The notes under the pieces: model-generated
The model's database searches: none
The model's input: only the letters and a program-made list of their open reading frames with translations
What the model was told of the DNA's origin: nothing
Program-made: the position numbers and the translations under genes
Virus record (IMG/VR): IMGVR_UViG_3300028027_000001
Length of the DNA: 64,000 nucleotides
Strand: one strand, 5' to 3'
Source: a virus
Part shown: positions 19,356-28,776 of the stretch, piece after piece
Layout: the number at the start of each line of letters is the position of its first letter
Position numbering within the stretch: the stretch's first letter is position 1

Positions 19356-20081
19356 TTACAATTCTGGCCAAAAGAAACTTAAGCCAATTGGGATATTAAC
19401 TTTATCACCATTATCTGGTGTAAAAGTTAGGTCAACATCTGGTTGGATTTCTCTAATATATTCGCGTAATGCGCGTGAATCTTTTGCGATCAAATAATTG
19501 TCAACAAACTCGCGGATATCTTTCTTATCGCGTCTACCTTCCACCGAAGTGATAATGTATTTCCAACGTGTAGATAATTCTGGGGATGAATCTTTGTTAA
19601 TTTTTTTCAAACCATCTAACTCACGTTGGATGTCTTGTTCGTCCTTGTGGGTTAATAATTTGAATGTAACTGTGTTTTTAGTGTATGGTAATGTGTATGT
19701 GAATTCATTTTTGTCTGAATTTTCAATTACCTCGTGTACTGGTTTATTGTCTAAAGCTGATAAATCAACGGTTTGTTCTTCTCCACCATATGTGAATTTG
19801 TATTCACTTCCATACCCTAACACACGTGCTGCAACCATGATTGCATTTTTATCACCAATCAATAAATCGTCGTAGTTGATTGGGGTAACAATTAATGCTT
19901 TAATTAACTTATCCAACACAGTACCGTTTTTAATATATGTTTGGTTAGTTAAGATATCTTCGTGAGCGGCAGTCATGTATTTTACTTCAACTACACCTTT
20001 AGCTAACTCGGAGTCTTTAGGATATAGCAATCCTTTTGATGGTAACTCTACTGTTTCAGTAGGGATTTTAAATTCACTCAT
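19356..20081 (-). CDS. Baseplate hub assembly chaperone (T4 gp26-like)
   Basis: VELPSKG..Y, VKYMTA.HEDIL, DLLIGDKNAIMVAARVLGYG, C-terminal IPIGLSFFWP. Confidence 0.8.
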   Translation of the reverse strand: MSEFKIPTETVELPSKGLLYPKDSELAKGVVEVKYMTAAHEDILTNQTYIKNGTVLDKLIKALIVTPINYDDLLIGDKNAIMVAARVLGYGSEYKFTYGGEEQTVDLSALDNKPVHEVIENSDKNEFTYTLPYTKNTVTFKLLTHKDEQDIQRELDGLKKINKDSSPELSTRWKYIITSVEGRRDKKDIREFVDNYLIAKDSRALREYIREIQPDVDLTFTPDNGDKVNIPIGLSFFWPEL

Positions 20082-20125
20082 ATACTTTATTTTGTTTATA
20101 ACTTTATTTGTCGGATATACATATA

Positions 20126-20497
20126 TTAGATAGGCGCGACAGTCTCAGAATTCATATTGAATCCCACTACTCCTTCTACTTTACGTATCTGTGCAGCTAT
20201 TTCACCCATTTTTTCACGGCTGAATCCTCCAGATTTCATGAATGGGTATCCATCTACTTTTACGGTTAATACTGCTTTGAAATTGCGTTTATCTTGCTCA
20301 TGGTAAGGCAATGTTTCTTTTTCGGATACTATGGTAACACCGGTAATTGCACGGATGCCAGATAATATCTCTTTTTGTGGTCTAATTTCCAAATTAGTAA
20401 CTAACCCACCTACCATTTTGTATTTGTCTTGGTATTCTTCGCTTAGTATACGTTTAATTTCCTCACGGATAATTGATTTGATTGGATTATTTTTCAT
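20126..20497 (-). CDS. Hypothetical protein with IIREEI leader; probable start 20497
   Basis: MKNNPIKSIIREEIKRILSEE; promoter motif at 20512-20520. Confidence 0.7.
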   Translation of the reverse strand: MKNNPIKSIIREEIKRILSEEYQDKYKMVGGLVTNLEIRPQKEILSGIRAITGVTIVSEKETLPYHEQDKRNFKAVLTVKVDGYPFMKSGGFSREKMGEIAAQIRKVEGVVGFNMNSETVAPI

Positions 20498-20550
20498 ATT
20501 ATAATATATGGTATAAATATACAATGGGTGGGACAAGTAGGCAAGAGAAG

Positions 20551-22404
20551 TTAATAAGTTTTAACCCACCTGTACGTGCCTGAATTATATAGTCGGTATA
20601 GACCCATTTGGTGGGTAATTTCAAATTCAGTGAGTTTTGGGTCGTACCCCATTTTGATTAGCTCGGATTTCCTATATGCGTACCTGTTGCGTAGTGTGGA
20701 TGTTTTGTTTTCATAGTACATATAGGATATGTTGGTGAATGAACCATCTTGAAAGTTTAACGACTTGTACAAATTGCCGCTGGAGTAATCATTGTCTGAA
20801 TAGCTTACTAGATATTGTGGTGTGTATGTTTTCTCAAAGTGTTTAAGTAGTCTGGATGCTCCTCCAACTATATTTGTGTGGAGTAAGGTGCAATATCTTA
20901 CTAGTTCATATTTACCACATGTTTGTTTGTTTCCTAAATTTACTCGTAGTTTACTGAATCCCATGCATGCTACTAATTGTCCATCGTGGTACAACCCTAG
21001 TTTAATTTGTGTAGGTGAATGTCCTTGTATATGGTTTAACGTGCAAAATTCTTTGTAGTCTTTACTAGATACAGACTGAATGGTACATTTACGGGCAAAT
21101 ATTTTGTTTGGGGTTAAATTCAGTTTGTTTAGTAACATGGATTTAACTATTTTTTGTTTAATTGGATTGGTCCACTGATGTTCCCAAATATGGAATATTT
21201 TAATACCGTGACCAGAATAAAAATCGGATTTTTGTTTGTGGAAGTTTGGTGTTTTAAATAAATGTGAATGCCAATAGCACCCATTTACCTCCAGCCCCAA
21301 ATTAAATTCGGGTAAAAATATGTCTATTTCCTTCCTACCCATAGTATGTCTAGGTATGATTTTAGTGGGTGAACATGATGATATGAAGTCAATTAATTCA
21401 TGTTCGTAGGATGATGAATAGTTTAAATGATCTGACGCGCATTGATTACATCCGCAACCTTGTAAATGATCACCAATGGTTTGCTCAAATTCACCATGTA
21501 CGGGACAAATGATTGTGGTTTTACTGAATCTACCGTTGTATGTGGATTTAGAGTAATCGTATTTGTTGTCGTGCATCAGTGGTGCCTTCTTTATGAATTC
21601 ACGGAAATATTTGTGGTTTTGGTCAGTTTTGGAACAATATGGACAACCATAACCTTGCAAATGATACGCTGGTTTGGTGGTAAAATCACCATGTTTTTTA
21701 CAAGTAATTATTACATCCTCTATATTACTGGTATATTGGGTTTTATTGTAGGTGTATTTGTTTGGGTGGGCTGATTGTGCTTTTGATATGAATTCGGAGG
21801 TAGTGGAACGTTTAACACATTTAGGACATCCACTACCATTCAAATGTGTGAATATTGTTTGTTTAAATGTATGGTTATTAGTACAAGTAATGGTGATTTT
21901 TTCCAACCCGTTCACGTATTCAAAGTTATCGTATGTGTATTTGTCGCCGTGTATTTCTTTAAATCTACCCAGCACAGTCTTCTTGTCTAAACGTATACTT
22001 GTTTTGGCGCACAATGGACACCCACGCTGTGACGATATATGTTCTTCAGGTGTTAGTTGGAAATCACCATGTTCAGGACACGTTATAGTAATAGGGGTGG
22101 AGTTGTTTATATATAATGAATTATTGTAGGTGTATTTGTTTGGGTGGATTATTTGTGACTTATATATGAAACCATCCAAGTTCGATATATTACCACCCAG
22201 TGTTTCTCTCCTGCATTTGGTGCATAAAGGTAAATTGTTTTTGAATAGTTTGTATGGTATGAATTTAAATTCACCATGTGTTGAACACACTATAGTAATA
22301 GCATTGTTTGAGTTTGTGTATGTTACTTTAGTTAAATCATAATTGTACGACCCATAGTGTTCTTGCAACTTATTTAATATATGTTCTTGTGTATGTGGTT
22401 TCAT
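20551..22404 (-). CDS. Homing-endonuclease-like protein: repeated CxxHGxF/CxxC zinc modules + Vsr/DUF559-like nuclease + C-terminal GNAT-like domain
   Basis: About 5 repeats of Y.Y....Y......I.C..HG.F.....H..G.GCP.C; EIDIFLPEFNLGLEVNGCYWH; IFARKC...NHIQG...YELVRYC...GGASRLL. Confidence 0.78.
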   Translation of the reverse strand: MKPHTQEHILNKLQEHYGSYNYDLTKVTYTNSNNAITIVCSTHGEFKFIPYKLFKNNLPLCTKCRRETLGGNISNLDGFIYKSQIIHPNKYTYNNSLYINNSTPITITCPEHGDFQLTPEEHISSQRGCPLCAKTSIRLDKKTVLGRFKEIHGDKYTYDNFEYVNGLEKITITCTNNHTFKQTIFTHLNGSGCPKCVKRSTTSEFISKAQSAHPNKYTYNKTQYTSNIEDVIITCKKHGDFTTKPAYHLQGYGCPYCSKTDQNHKYFREFIKKAPLMHDNKYDYSKSTYNGRFSKTTIICPVHGEFEQTIGDHLQGCGCNQCASDHLNYSSSYEHELIDFISSCSPTKIIPRHTMGRKEIDIFLPEFNLGLEVNGCYWHSHLFKTPNFHKQKSDFYSGHGIKIFHIWEHQWTNPIKQKIVKSMLLNKLNLTPNKIFARKCTIQSVSSKDYKEFCTLNHIQGHSPTQIKLGLYHDGQLVACMGFSKLRVNLGNKQTCGKYELVRYCTLLHTNIVGGASRLLKHFEKTYTPQYLVSYSDNDYSSGNLYKSLNFQDGSFTNISYMYYENKTSTLRNRYAYRKSELIKMGYDPKLTEFEITHQMGLYRLYNSGTYRWVKTY

Positions 22405-22431
22405 GTAGGTGTTTTTGAGGTAAAATTATGT

Positions 22432-22462
22432 ATAGTATACAAAAAATCCCTTGGGTAGCCAA
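22432..22462 (-). promoter_or_regulatory. Promoter upstream of endonuclease 20551..22404, overlapping the tube-gene terminator
   Basis: TTG-N18-TGTATACTAT. Confidence 0.55.
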
Positions 22463-22467
22463 GGGAT
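22441..22467 (-). terminator. Intrinsic terminator after the tail tube gene
   Basis: ATCCCTTGG-CTAC-CCAAGGGAT followed by a T-tract on the minus strand. Confidence 0.8.
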
Positions 22468-22481
22468 AATTAGAAGTATAT

Positions 22482-22970
22482 CTAAAAATTTAAGACGCAA
22501 TAATCAGGTCTGATCGTCATTTTAATGTTCACAGCAACTCCGTCGTCATCGTAGTTATAGTCACCAAAGTTAACATTTGTTGGAAATGCACCTTTAACAA
22601 CCCATTCACTAACGATATCACCTACTGGGCCAAGTACGTTGAATGTCAAGTCTTTCTTGTAGAAATCAGAATAACCATCTCTACCTGTTACTGATTCGTG
22701 GCCTAAACGAATCCATTCCATTACAGCTTGTGCTCCAGATGGGGTGATTGATTCAAACAATGTTAAGTCAATTGTATTCCATTTAGTTTTACCCTTAACG
22801 AAACGTTGAACGTTAATGTGATTTAATTCTACTGGTGTTTGATCTAATGATATAGCAGTTACTCCTTTTACTAGGTAAGCAGGTATACCATCAATATACA
22901 TTACGAATCGATTTGATTGTTTTGGCTCAAATGCAGTGTAGAATATCTCGCTTGAATTTAATATTGGCAT
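22482..22970 (-). CDS. Tail tube protein (T4 gp19-like)
   Basis: FEPKQSNRF, KGKTKWNTI.LT, MEWIRL.HESVTGRDGY.DFYKKD, GAFP; follows the sheath genes. Confidence 0.9.
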   Translation of the reverse strand: MPILNSSEIFYTAFEPKQSNRFVMYIDGIPAYLVKGVTAISLDQTPVELNHINVQRFVKGKTKWNTIDLTLFESITPSGAQAVMEWIRLGHESVTGRDGYSDFYKKDLTFNVLGPVGDIVSEWVVKGAFPTNVNFGDYNYDDDGVAVNIKMTIRPDYCVLNF

Positions 22971-22993
22971 GTTATGTAAGTTTTAATTTTGTT

Positions 22994-23002
22994 TATAAAT
23001 AT
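22994..23002 (-). promoter_or_regulatory. Putative late promoter ATATTTATA (representative of ~18 copies)
   Basis: Also at 10402, 14337, 16635, 18996, 20512, 24774, 26540, 26845, 32417, 33352, 41403, 44079, 44809, 46570, 52970, 58419 and 61198; nearly all lie within ~30 nt upstream of a start codon. Confidence 0.8.
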
Positions 23003-23017
23003 CACTTAATTCCCTCT

Positions 23018-24760
23018 TTATTGAGGGAATTCTGCTCCTGTTGGTAATACTACGAAGTCTAGTGAAATAAATTCTGCTGTTTTTGTTGGTTGGATGTAAA
23101 TTTGACCTACTAATTGGTTTCTGTCGATAACATCTGGTCCATTATTAGTATCATCCATCACAATTCTAAATGCATATAAACCTTGTTTTTGTTGGATGTT
23201 TTCTAGGTATGGATTAACTTTAGCTAAGAATGAAAATCTAGTTACAGCTGTGTTTTGTTCAAATACGATGTTGTCTGCTAATTGACCAATATATCCTTTT
23301 AATTCAATCAATAAACGTCTAACATTTACTCTGTCTAGAGCAGAAGCACCTTTTTGGAGTGTTTTCTGACCGTATACAGCCACACCCACTTTAGGCATTG
23401 TTGCTAACGGGTTGATGTTGTTTGTATATAGATCGTCTTTATTTGATTGTGTTAATTTATATTGAGCACGTGCTACATTGTTTAATCCACCTCTGTTAAT
23501 ACCAGCTGGTGCGAACCAAGGAGCAGCAATTTTATCGTTGTTTGCGTATACACCTGGGATTAATGTAGATGCAGGTACCCAAACATATTTTCCAGTTGCT
23601 GGGTCAATTATGTTACACCATGGCCAGTAAGCGGCAGCATATGAAGTGTCTCTTGACTGTGCTTGAGAAATTGCGTCTGTTACGGTTGAATTATAATCAG
23701 TTAAATCTACTACATATAAATTATCTCCACGGTTTTGGGTGTTGGTGATAATTGTAGATATTGTTGATGTATGTAAATCGTTAGTTAATCCTGGTGTAGT
23801 TAATATGTTAAATCTATATTCGTCTTTGTTTGCTAATAGGTTAATCATGTTAACATAATTATCAGCAACTAAACCTTGTGTATTTGATGAATTGAGGGCC
23901 TCGTAGAAATTAGCACCTCCTTTAATTGTACCAGTAGCACCACCAAATAAACATTGTTGAGCAACGGGAATTTTATCAGCATATCCGGCTTTTGGTAAAC
24001 CGTTTGCGTCTAAATAATCAGGTGTTGTAACGTTAACTGCTGATACTCTAACATATTTTGATGCGTTAGGGAAAGAACCACTGAATTCCATTTGTTGTGT
24101 TGATGGGTTGTAATTCAATTTAGTATCTCCAATTACACGTGCAATATAGTTTGGTGATTTTGGATCTAAGTTTACACCGTTAAATGATTCAAGTACTATT
24201 TTCTTGTTTGTCGTGTCGTTACCTTGACGAATAACTACGTTAAATGTACCTGATGATGTGTTTGGTGAAGTGATTTCAAATCTAATGTTGTCTGCAGTAC
24301 CTGATGTTAAACTACCGTTAGTACCTGTTGTTGTATTGTTTTGATCAACACCTTCACTAAGTGTTTCAAGTTCAAATATATTTACACCACCTCCAGTAAC
24401 GTATGATGAGCTAACATAACCATCAAACACGTATGATGAATCGTCGGCAACAACCGATGAAGTTGCTGGGGAGTAAGAACCAGATACTACTCTTGCAACT
24501 AATAATGAATTTCCACCGTAGTTGAAATAATTGTATGCTGCAATTGATGTCAAATAAGAATAAACATCACTTCCACTTGTGATGATGTCACCGAATATGT
24601 TTTTATATTCTGAATAAGATGTAACTACCGTTGGAACTTCAACTGGGCCTTTTACTGTTGGGCCTATAATAGCTGCACCAACTTGGATAGGTTGACCCGA
24701 TAGATATGATTTATCTACCTCGTTTAATGTTACTCCTGGAGATATTGAAAAGTTTCCCAT
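23018..24760 (-). CDS. Tail sheath protein (copy 2)
   Basis: SPGV, AIIGPTVKGPV, PWFAPAGINRG, GQKTLQ, LDRVNVRRLL, VFEQN, PTKTAEFI. Confidence 0.95.
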   Translation of the reverse strand: MGNFSISPGVTLNEVDKSYLSGQPIQVGAAIIGPTVKGPVEVPTVVTSYSEYKNIFGDIITSGSDVYSYLTSIAAYNYFNYGGNSLLVARVVSGSYSPATSSVVADDSSYVFDGYVSSSYVTGGGVNIFELETLSEGVDQNNTTTGTNGSLTSGTADNIRFEITSPNTSSGTFNVVIRQGNDTTNKKIVLESFNGVNLDPKSPNYIARVIGDTKLNYNPSTQQMEFSGSFPNASKYVRVSAVNVTTPDYLDANGLPKAGYADKIPVAQQCLFGGATGTIKGGANFYEALNSSNTQGLVADNYVNMINLLANKDEYRFNILTTPGLTNDLHTSTISTIITNTQNRGDNLYVVDLTDYNSTVTDAISQAQSRDTSYAAAYWPWCNIIDPATGKYVWVPASTLIPGVYANNDKIAAPWFAPAGINRGGLNNVARAQYKLTQSNKDDLYTNNINPLATMPKVGVAVYGQKTLQKGASALDRVNVRRLLIELKGYIGQLADNIVFEQNTAVTRFSFLAKVNPYLENIQQKQGLYAFRIVMDDTNNGPDVIDRNQLVGQIYIQPTKTAEFISLDFVVLPTGAEFPQ

Positions 24761-24813
24761 TTTTGATTTTTATTATAAATATAGTGATTACTGATTAAAT
24801 TCGATATGGTATA

Positions 24814-26514
24814 TTAAAGTATAGCTCCTGTAGGTAATACATTAAATTCAAGTATAATGAATTCTGCTGTTTTTGTTGGTTTTAAATATATTTGACCCAC
24901 CAATTGATTATTGTCTATTACTGTTGGTGTATTGTTTGTTTCGTCCATTACTACTTTATACTCATATAAACCTTGTTGTTGTTGCACAGTAGCTAGGTAT
25001 GGGTTAACTTGTGCCAAAAATCTATTACGTGTATTAGATGTATTTTGTTCAAACACTAAAGTGTTTGCAATTTGGCCAATATAATTATTTAATTCAACTA
25101 ACAATCTTCTAACGTTTACACGATCCAAAGCATTTGCTTTTTTCTGTAGTGTTTTTTGACCAAATACAACTACACCAGTTCCTGGTATTGTTGATATTGG
25201 GTTAATGTTTGCTTCATATAGTGAATCTCTATTGCCTTGGGTTAATACACGTTCAACACGTGTTACGTTTGACATTACACCGCGATTAATGCCGGCTGGT
25301 GCTATCCAAGGATAAGATATGTTGTCGTTAAATGCATATACCCCAGGAATCAATGTGGAAGCAGGTACCCAAACGTTTTGTCCTGTTGATGGGTCGACGG
25401 TTTGAGCCCAAGGCCAATATGAAGCTACAAATGATGTATCAAATGAAGATGCTTTATTTACAGTAGTTGCTATGTTTTGATTGAATTGTACTAAATCTAC
25501 TATAGCCATCGTATCGCCACGCTCTGTTACCATTGGTATCAATTTAGTATTGATTACATTAAAATGGTCTACAAATGAATTATTGCCTATAAGTCCAGGT
25601 ACTGTGATAAAATTGTATTTGTATGAATCTTTATTAGCTAATAATGCTATTGATTCAACATATGAAGATGCTGGGATACCTTGTGAATCTGAATTGGTAA
25701 TTGCTTCGTAGTAGTTTGCAGCATATCCTGTTGGGATATTTTTTCCAGTTGCTCCTCCAAATGCACCACTAGTAGCTGTTGGAATCGAACTAGTATATTG
25801 TGGTTTTGCAATATCGTTATTGTCTAAATAATTTGGTGTTGGAGTGTTTACTTGTTTTACACGAACATACTTTGAGTTGTTTGGATAACTACCAGTTAAC
25901 TCAAGGTAGTATTCACCATTATCAGAACGTAAATTTTCAGTTGTATTACCAATTATTTTTTCAATATAGTTTGGTGAAAATGGATCCAGGGATAAATTAG
26001 AAAATGTTTCAAGTACAGATGGGGAATTTGTTGTATCATTACCTTGTCTAATTAATAATGAAAATGTTCCAGATGATGTATTAGGTGATGTGATTTGGTA
26101 TCTGAAATTATCAGCAGATCCACTATCTAAAGCACCATTTACTTCATTGCTAACACTATTCATGATTTCACCTTCTGATAATGTTTCTAATACGAATGAG
26201 GATTGAATAGATGCTGTAGCAGGGGTGAATGAACCGCTTACAACGCGAGTTACCAAAAGTGAAGTACCTCCGTTGTTGAAATAATTATACGCGGATATTG
26301 ACGTTAAGTATGAGTATGTTTGAGATCCACTTACTAAAACATCACCAAATTTGTTTTGATATTCACTATATGTAGTAACTATGGTTGGGATGTTGACAGG
26401 ACCTTTTACGGTTGGGCCTATAATGGCTGCTCCAGCTTGTGCAGGTTGTTGTTGTACTGCTGATTGATCGTTTACATTAATAACTACACCTGGTGATACA
26501 ATGGATGTTGACAT
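24814..26514 (-). CDS. Tail sheath protein (copy 1)
   Basis: Same sheath motifs as 23018..24760. Confidence 0.95.
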   Translation of the reverse strand: MSTSIVSPGVVINVNDQSAVQQQPAQAGAAIIGPTVKGPVNIPTIVTTYSEYQNKFGDVLVSGSQTYSYLTSISAYNYFNNGGTSLLVTRVVSGSFTPATASIQSSFVLETLSEGEIMNSVSNEVNGALDSGSADNFRYQITSPNTSSGTFSLLIRQGNDTTNSPSVLETFSNLSLDPFSPNYIEKIIGNTTENLRSDNGEYYLELTGSYPNNSKYVRVKQVNTPTPNYLDNNDIAKPQYTSSIPTATSGAFGGATGKNIPTGYAANYYEAITNSDSQGIPASSYVESIALLANKDSYKYNFITVPGLIGNNSFVDHFNVINTKLIPMVTERGDTMAIVDLVQFNQNIATTVNKASSFDTSFVASYWPWAQTVDPSTGQNVWVPASTLIPGVYAFNDNISYPWIAPAGINRGVMSNVTRVERVLTQGNRDSLYEANINPISTIPGTGVVVFGQKTLQKKANALDRVNVRRLLVELNNYIGQIANTLVFEQNTSNTRNRFLAQVNPYLATVQQQQGLYEYKVVMDETNNTPTVIDNNQLVGQIYLKPTKTAEFIILEFNVLPTGAIL

Positions 26515-26566
26515 ATTTTGGTTTGGGGTTTTATTTAATTATAAATATGATGCAGGTCAATAGAAA

Positions 26567-26830
26567 TTAAATGGGTTTTGTTATTTCACCGGTTTCTGGG
26601 TTGAGGTTAATTTGACCGTATTTGTTGTATAAGGACTGGTTGAATTGGGATTCAAGGTTACTTAATTCGGTTAGTTTGGTTTTTGCTTCGGCGTGTCTAT
26701 CATCTAATTGTAAACGCATCAACTCAATTTCCCCTAGTTCAAGAACTAGGGATTGAGTTTGTTTTTGTATGTCGCGAAGTGATTGAAGTTCATCTGTTGA
26801 TAAAACTGGGTTGGTTGTAACTGTTTCCAT
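26567..26830 (-). CDS. Small coiled-coil protein (possible fibre assembly chaperone)
   Basis: Heptad-like helix ending KYGQINLNPETGEI; own late motif at 26845. Confidence 0.65.
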   Translation of the reverse strand: METVTTNPVLSTDELQSLRDIQKQTQSLVLELGEIELMRLQLDDRHAEAKTKLTELSNLESQFNQSLYNKYGQINLNPETGEITKPI

Positions 26831-26861
26831 GTTTATATTTTATATATAAATATAGGGTGGA

Positions 26862-28559
26862 TTATGCAAGAGACGAAGAACGCCAAGTCCCCCCAATATA
26901 AACGTAAATATAGTAATTACCTCCGTTAGATACTGGTACTATTTCTCCTTCTGTTCCTGTGTATGATGGGGCAGATGATTGGGTTGCTACTACTATAGTA
27001 TCTCTGCCAGTTACTTTAAAGGCATCTTTACGTGATGAATCACTGGATCCACCACCAACTATAAATGAGGAAACTACATCGTCGTGTGTGTTATAAGCAC
27101 CAACTACGGTTTGAAATGAACCTGAAGCTATGGTGCCAAGGCCCCCGGCATGTGAATAATCACCTAGAGCTACTGTGTCTTGACCTTCAGCATGTGAATT
27201 ACTCCCACTAGCTATGGTTCTAAAACCTTCAGCATGTGAAGCATATCCATGTGATATTGATGCTTGCCCTTCAGCGTGTGAATATGCTCCATTAGATGTA
27301 GTTCCTGCCCCTTCAGCATGTGATGATTGACCAACGGCGGATGTGGCGTTACCTTCAGCATGGGAACCAAATCCTGTGGTAGATGTTTGTTGACCTTCAG
27401 CATGTGAATAATCACCATTAGCAACACTTAAATACCCTTCAGCATGGGAACCGGTACCAGATGTTACTGTAAAATACCCCTCAACATGTGAACCAACCCC
27501 ATCAGCAGTTGTTCGGATACCTTCGGCATGAGAACCACTACCGTTTGCTGTACCTCCGGAGTTTGATGTAGAATCATATCCTCCTTCGGCATGAGAAAAG
27601 GGACCGTTAGCTCTAGACCCAACCCCCTCAGCATGTGACCCATTACCAGAAGATACAGTAAGTGCCCCCTCAGCATGTGAACCTATACCGGTTGATTTTC
27701 CACCTATTAACATCCCATCTATCCCTCCTTCAGCATGTGAATAATTACCGATAGTGGTAGATAGATACCCTTCAGCATGTGAAAATGAACCAGTGGTAGA
27801 GGTAACATACCCTTCAGCATGAGACCATGAACCACTAGCTCTTGTTTGGTTACCTTCAGCATGAGATCCATTACCAATGGCTCTGGTTAGTTGTCCTTCG
27901 GCATGTGAGTGTGACCCACTAGATATTGTTTGGTAACCTTCAGCATGAGAATAATTACCGCTAGCAGTGGTGGATTGACCTTCAGAATGGGATGCTATGC
28001 CGGATGCAAGTGTAGATATACCTTCTGAATGGGCTGCCGGACTTGTGGCTCTGGTGCTTCCACCCTCGGCATGTGCACTTTGGGCGGATGCCGTTGTTAA
28101 TTGACCTTCAGCATGTGAACCATATCCAGTGGCTAATGTTCTTTCACCTTCAGCGTGGGAATACAACCCAGTTGGGAGACTTCCGGTTCCTTGAGAAAAT
28201 GCTCCGAAAAATTCTACTGTACTTCCATTTGGTATTGTTAGTACACGTGGGGTAGACATAGGTACAGATAGATTTGAATTGCCTATATTAGTATCAACAC
28301 CCCCAAATGCACTGGATGCTGTGTAGAATAGTTGCCCTGTTGTTGTGTTGATTGTTACTATATTAGTTTGTGATACTTCGGTTAATGTTTTAACGAATGT
28401 ACTACCTGATAGTATTGTAGAGCCAGTAACTTGGAAGGAACCTGATATGTTAATATCGTATGCGCTTAATCCTGTAAGTGCATCTACGGATTGCGATACG
28501 TGATAAGGTCTTACTATATTAAGTGAAACTATATCAGTTTTGTCGAGACGTTTTGCCAT
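26862..28559 (-). CDS. Tail fibre/adhesin with YadA-head-like SHAEG repeats
   Basis: More than 20 copies of a ~14-aa T.A.G..SHAEG repeat. Confidence 0.82.
   Translation of the reverse strand: MAKRLDKTDIVSLNIVRPYHVSQSVDALTGLSAYDINISGSFQVTGSTILSGSTFVKTLTEVSQTNIVTINTTTGQLFYTASSAFGGVDTNIGNSNLSVPMSTPRVLTIPNGSTVEFFGAFSQGTGSLPTGLYSHAEGERTLATGYGSHAEGQLTTASAQSAHAEGGSTRATSPAAHSEGISTLASGIASHSEGQSTTASGNYSHAEGYQTISSGSHSHAEGQLTRAIGNGSHAEGNQTRASGSWSHAEGYVTSTTGSFSHAEGYLSTTIGNYSHAEGGIDGMLIGGKSTGIGSHAEGALTVSSGNGSHAEGVGSRANGPFSHAEGGYDSTSNSGGTANGSGSHAEGIRTTADGVGSHVEGYFTVTSGTGSHAEGYLSVANGDYSHAEGQQTSTTGFGSHAEGNATSAVGQSSHAEGAGTTSNGAYSHAEGQASISHGYASHAEGFRTIASGSNSHAEGQDTVALGDYSHAGGLGTIASGSFQTVVGAYNTHDDVVSSFIVGGGSSDSSRKDAFKVTGRDTIVVATQSSAPSYTGTEGEIVPVSNGGNYYIYVYIGGTWRSSSLA
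27140..28170 (-). repeat. Degenerate ~42-bp coding tandem repeat (SHAEG)
   Basis: Recurring plus-strand ccttcagcatgtga; boundaries approximate. Confidence 0.85.
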
Positions 28560-28561
28560 AT

Positions 28562-28765
28562 TTAATTAATTATTTCGTTTACTGTTAATATTGTTATATC
28601 ATATGTTTCATTTTCTGTATTTTTATCAATGTAGTATTGAATTAATTTGGAAGTAGCGTCATCAATATCGATAGCATCAATTATGTGGACATCATTGTTG
28701 GATGTTCTTTGGTTTGGAGATGATGAACGAGTAGTTGTTTTTTGGATTGTAGTTATATATAACAT
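28562..28765 (-). CDS. Small hypothetical protein between fibre genes
   Basis: ORF fills the gap between two fibre genes. Confidence 0.55.
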   Translation of the reverse strand: MLYITTIQKTTTRSSSPNQRTSNNDVHIIDAIDIDDATSKLIQYYIDKNTENETYDITILTVNEIIN

Positions 28766-28776
28766 GTGTTTAAATT

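Noticed and set aside
11027-26514. Bacterial extracellular contractile injection system or tailocin
   Set aside because: Capsid, portal, terminase, protease and replication genes are all present, so this is a phage genome.
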